NCBI GenBank assembly: GCA_046761065.1
Contig: JBHIFL010000114.1
Span: forward strand, 1 to 11,097
DNA from: Candidatus Heimdallarchaeota archaeon
Lineage (GTDB): Archaea; Asgardarchaeota; Wukongarchaeia; Wukongarchaeales; JBHIFL01
Direction of reading: 5' to 3'
DNA length: 11,097 nucleotides
Under the pieces are notes generated by a model. That model saw only the letters and a program-made list of their open reading frames with translations, did no database searches and was not told where the DNA came from. This document shows positions 7,956 to 11,097 of this stretch, piece after piece; position 1 is the first letter of the stretch, and each line of letters starts with the position of its first letter. The translations under genes were made by a program, and so were the position numbers.

Positions 7956-8093
7956 TTGTTGGAGTCATTATCTCGAGTTGGCAAGTACAGGTATCTCAAA
8001 ACTGAGGGAGGTTTCATTTGCATCAAGGAAAAGCAGACAACTCCTTGTATACCGGGACAATTCCCTGAGTGCGAAGCCTGTGACCTCTTCTGA
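7956..8093 (+). CDS. Small 45-aa four-cysteine (putative metal-binding) protein, below the ORF-track cutoff
   Basis: TTG start; (M)LESLSRVGKYRYLKTEGGFICIKEKQTTPCIPGQFPECEACDLF*; C-x8-C-x7-C-x2-C; a T-tract follows at about 8134. Confidence 0.5.
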   Translation: MLESLSRVGKYRYLKTEGGFICIKEKQTTPCIPGQFPECEACDLF

Positions 8094-8213
8094 ATAAGAA
8101 TCAAGACGGGAGGGATACCAATAGAGTACCCCATTTTTCAAGATTTTAGAGTCTTTTATAGGGAGATTTTAACCAAAGATAAGTGTACAGAAGACTTGGA
8201 AGATTCTGTGAGT

Positions 8214-8516
8214 CTAAATGTGTACTTGAATCACTTTGGGGGTCTTTTCAGACACCATGACAGTATAGTCATTTTCATCCAGTTTGTAAAACTCATAAAT
8301 CCGCAGTGGAATCTCGAAAATGAGTAGATCCTTGTTCGTCCGACTGTGGATCTCTCCCTTCCAGATAGCGGTTTCATCAAAGAAGGGAATTTGTTCTGGA
8401 GCTAAGATGAAGAACTCGTTGCTTGCAACGTAGAGGATTAGTCGTTCTGAAAGTTTAGGAGCGATTTTCTTGGAGATTTTGATTTCTTTGACTTGAATTT
8501 GTTCCATGTACGTCAC
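8214..8516 (-). CDS. Hypothetical protein with two AbrB/SpoVT-like repeats (possible antitoxin or regulator)
   Basis: EIKISKKIAPKL...LILYV...FILAP and LIFEIPLRIYEFYKLDENDYTVMV each resemble the AbrB pattern xIxIPkxir-x-l-x-l-x-eGD. Start is GTG 8516, or ATG 8507 after GGGGTGA. Confidence 0.7.
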   Translation of the reverse strand: MTYMEQIQVKEIKISKKIAPKLSERLILYVASNEFFILAPEQIPFFDETAIWKGEIHSRTNKDLLIFEIPLRIYEFYKLDENDYTVMVSEKTPKVIQVHI

Positions 8517-8818
8517 CCCAGCGGCTCAACATGCCCTTTGAACAAGATCAATTCAACTATGCCATTAAACTCTTTCTTTCAAACCCAAAGGGCCGTTCGC
8601 ATTGGTTGCCCTCCTCTTTTCTGAAAGCGCATTTTAAAGATTAAAACATCCTCTTCCTGCTCATATAACTCAAGCATATATTGTGCCTTAATGAAAGAAA
8701 TGAGTTTCCACTCATTGATTCCGTTTTTTTCATGTTTATCTACCCAATGTTTCTTCAGGCGTTTCGGGATTCTAACAATGGTACGGTACCATTCCAATGG
8801 ATCACCAATCCATAACAT
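8513..8818 (-). pseudogene. Small gene interrupted by an in-frame TGA (8579-8581); possible BrnT/RelE-like toxin
   Basis: The frame continues past the TGA as KKEFNGIVELILFKGHVEPLG*, and this final TGA (8513-8515) overlaps the next gene's GTG as GTGA. KHWVDKHEKNGINEW resembles the BrnT-like KH-GI helix. Confidence 0.5.
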
Positions 8819-9112
8819 CCAGTATCTGGAACCTTTCCAGCAAAGTAGACATCAACTATGAAGTACAAGACATTTTAGTCCATGTAAATAGCATGTAAAA
8901 AATCATCGATATTGAATGTACCGTTGACATATCAACCTTATCTACTTGGGATAGCGCTTATTTAGTGAGCGACGGCCCCAATGGCAAGCCAAAAGAGCGC
9001 AGTGATTCGGATTGCGCCATCTAAGATTTTACAGGGAAGCTTTAGTGAATGAGATGTGTTTGTTGTATTACTCTAGGTAGTTGACTTAGTCCTACGCCAA
9101 CTCCAGCCAGCC

Positions 9113-9484
9113 ACCCAATGGACACTAATCCAAATCCCCATGACCTACACTTTCAAGCGTAACAAAATGTATCACACTATTCGCTATAAAGCGACTTTAG
9201 GGCAAAAACAACCCTTGGATGGCGCAGGAACCGTTATAGATCTCACGCAAAAATAATAGAGAAACCAAATCGAATAACTTTTTGTAGTTTGAATATGTTG
9301 GGTTATTTTGTAATGGAGCCCAACTATGAACCTCTTATACATCCCCTCACGGAATCTGGGCCCTCTGCTTGTTGGAAGATGTCTTGGACTACACCACCAA
9401 CAATTCCATTACTGGCACAGCACTATAGCGCTTGAAGAAAACGTTATCATAGAAAACTTTGAACTCGAATTCTCTATCAAATGA
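9113..9484 (+). pseudogene. Possible heavily decayed gene of unknown function
   Basis: Protein-like pieces in shifting frames: TQWTLIQIPMTYTFKRNKMYHTIRYKATLG...; FEYVGLFCNGAQL*TSYTSPHGIW...; ALEENVIIENFELEFSIK*. Confidence 0.25.
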
Positions 9485-9534
9485 GGTGCGAAAATTACAT
9501 GCTCTAATCCTTGTCCGTATAGTTTCACGTCAGT

Positions 9535-9951
9535 CTAAATTTCTTTTAAAAGACGTTCGATAAGGTTAAGAACTTTTTCGGCATCTGCCAAGGCGGGTTT
9601 AGCGGAAGGCTCGAAATACTCTACCCCAACTTCTTCTTCGAACCCATATCCCGCAAGTGCTCGTTGATCCGTTAGTCGTGCAAAGATATCTACAATCTCG
9701 GGAATAGCATCTTGAAACCAGCGAGGCAAGGTCGAGTGGGTCCTTAAGTGGAGAAATTCGTCACTGACATCGTGTACTCGTTTGAACACAAACCCTTGGC
9801 CTAACATGACTGCTTTTATCGCCTGTTCTACAGCCATCTGAGACCCATAGACCACATCATCCCAACGTTCATCTTCTACCGCGCGTTGTGCACCTTGGAA
9901 CCACCTTTGGGCTCTTTGAAACGCAAGTTGACTCTTCGTTGAATTCACCAT
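9535..9951 (-). CDS. HEPN domain protein (partner of MNT)
   Basis: SQMAVEQAIKA, FKRVHDV, LTDQRALAGYG and a C-terminal AKPALADAEKVL helix. GGAGGT SD; start overlaps the end of the upstream MNT gene. Confidence 0.92.
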   Translation of the reverse strand: MVNSTKSQLAFQRAQRWFQGAQRAVEDERWDDVVYGSQMAVEQAIKAVMLGQGFVFKRVHDVSDEFLHLRTHSTLPRWFQDAIPEIVDIFARLTDQRALAGYGFEEEVGVEYFEPSAKPALADAEKVLNLIERLLKEI

Positions 9952-10694
9952 GAGATACCTCCTGCTGTAACCCAGTATGTGGTTCCATCCAGCTTGGTTA
10001 CCTTTCGAAGCCCTTTCCGTTCATATTCCGTCCGGATCCAATCTAAAAGCTGTCTAGCTTTATTGTTCTTTTGAAAAAGAATAATATGGTCTGCCAAGAG
10101 ATCTGGATAGAAACCATGAGTCTGAAAAGCTTCGTCTTCCGACAATGGGATGTGTTGAACCCGAAAGGCTTCTTGATGGGTCTGGAGTGCCTTATGTTCC
10201 GGTGTCGCTCGCATCTGTTGTCGAATCGTCAGAAGCTCCGTGGTTCGTTCCCAGAGCGAAACGTTCCAGTTCTGTACAATAATCATGAGATCCAAGTCAC
10301 TTGTATCTGTCATGGTGCCCTTAGCGGCGGAACCGAAAAGTATCACACAAACGAGCTTTTCTCCGAAGCATTCCGTTAGAAGGTAGACATACCGAGCAAG
10401 CGCTCTTCTTAATAGCTCATTTGAGATTTTATTTTTCAGAACCGAGAAATCGGGAAAAGTAGGTGCTAAGACGGCGTGTAGGTTCTGCATCGATTGGAGC
10501 ATTGTAAGCCCTTTATCGGTTATTATATAGTTTCGTCCCTCTTTAAGGATTAAACCATATTGTCTAAGGAGCTTAAGACGTATTGACAAAGTTTTAGGGT
10601 TGATCCCAGTTTTTTCTAAGGAGCTAAAGGTCTGTTCCCTTCTTTGGGTGAGGTGAGAAAGGATGGCTCTAGAGATCTCATCTAATACCTTCAT
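9945..10694 (-). CDS. Minimal nucleotidyltransferase (MNT) with an N-terminal winged-helix domain
   Basis: wHTH FSSLEKTGINPKTLSIRLKLLRQYGLI...YIITDKG; pol-beta-type motif ILFGSAAKG...SDLDLMII (GS-x10-DxD); C-terminal DGTTYW. Confidence 0.93.
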   Translation of the reverse strand: MKVLDEISRAILSHLTQRREQTFSSLEKTGINPKTLSIRLKLLRQYGLILKEGRNYIITDKGLTMLQSMQNLHAVLAPTFPDFSVLKNKISNELLRRALARYVYLLTECFGEKLVCVILFGSAAKGTMTDTSDLDLMIIVQNWNVSLWERTTELLTIRQQMRATPEHKALQTHQEAFRVQHIPLSEDEAFQTHGFYPDLLADHIILFQKNNKARQLLDWIRTEYERKGLRKVTKLDGTTYWVTAGGISW

Positions 10695-10722
10695 TGCAAT
10701 TCAAAGTAGCTTTCCATTGAGA

Positions 10723-10738
10723 TTATAAATGCTTTCTT
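10723..10738 (-). promoter_or_regulatory. BRE-TATA promoter of the MNT-HEPN operon (near-leaderless transcript)
   Basis: Minus strand reads AAGAAAGCATTTATAA, about 30 nt upstream of ATG 10694. Confidence 0.65.
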
Positions 10739-11097
10739 TTTGAAAAGTTACGAGAAAATATGATCCCTTTAAACTTTAAATTATAAAATCTCTTACCATA
10801 CTACAAATTTATCTAGACTTTATTTTTTACTGAAAACCAAGATCCATCAAATGATACAACAAAAACACCAAATCTCGCCAAATGATTTTGAAGAAAACAG
10901 GTAATACAATTCTGTAATGATTTTGTTTTGTTTTTGTTCACAATTCCCATACCTATTAATTGTTAATAATAAGCATTCACACATCTCATAAAGCTAGAAG
11001 TTAGTTTAACTGATCTTTAAGATCAAAACGAGAAGCAATATAGTTTACACTCATGCATCGCATTACTTGTCCCTTTTCGCTGGAAATTAATTGTTAA

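Noticed and set aside
7618-8134. Minus-strand ORFs 7618-7827 and 7883-8134
   Set aside because: No motifs; the second overlaps the more protein-like plus-strand four-Cys ORF.
4892-9484. Stop-codon reassignment or selenocysteine explaining the in-frame stops
   Set aside because: Intact genes end in TAA (albA), TAG (argS) and TGA (MTase, MNT). The broken genes contain mixed stops plus frameshifts, and no redox motif or SECIS was recognised.
10071-10379. 102-aa plus-strand ORF
   Set aside because: Antisense to the MNT gene.
10955-11097. Direct repeat ATTAATTGTTAA (10955-10966 and 11086-11097) as a CRISPR or other repeat
   Set aside because: Only two low-complexity copies 131 bp apart in AT-rich DNA; the second is cut by the window edge.
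1-11097. Transposase, integrase, CRISPR array or rRNA
   Set aside because: No such motifs or periodic repeats were found by eye.

Overview
Archaeal DNA, judged from Alba, an archaeal-type ArgRS and BRE-TATA promoters. A Rab-like domain and the style of the winged-helix (wHTH) regulators suggest an Asgard archaeon (inference). The left part is housekeeping: albA and argS (divergent), a candidate promoter-driven small RNA, a 2-TM membrane protein with an acidic tail, and an orphan amino-DNA methyltransferase. From about 4.9 kb the window looks accessory and partly decayed. It holds a multiply broken wHTH regulator, membrane-protein and zinc-ribbon remnants, an unannotated 45-aa four-Cys protein, an interrupted toxin-like gene coupled to a double-AbrB-like gene, and an intact wHTH-MNT/HEPN pair. 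The standout is an intact 347-aa protein with the architecture wHTH - Rab-like pseudo-GTPase - wHTH, whose upstream region carries three TGACGCAA sites, two of them bracketing the candidate TATA box. All family calls come from motif recognition by eye; no searches were run.
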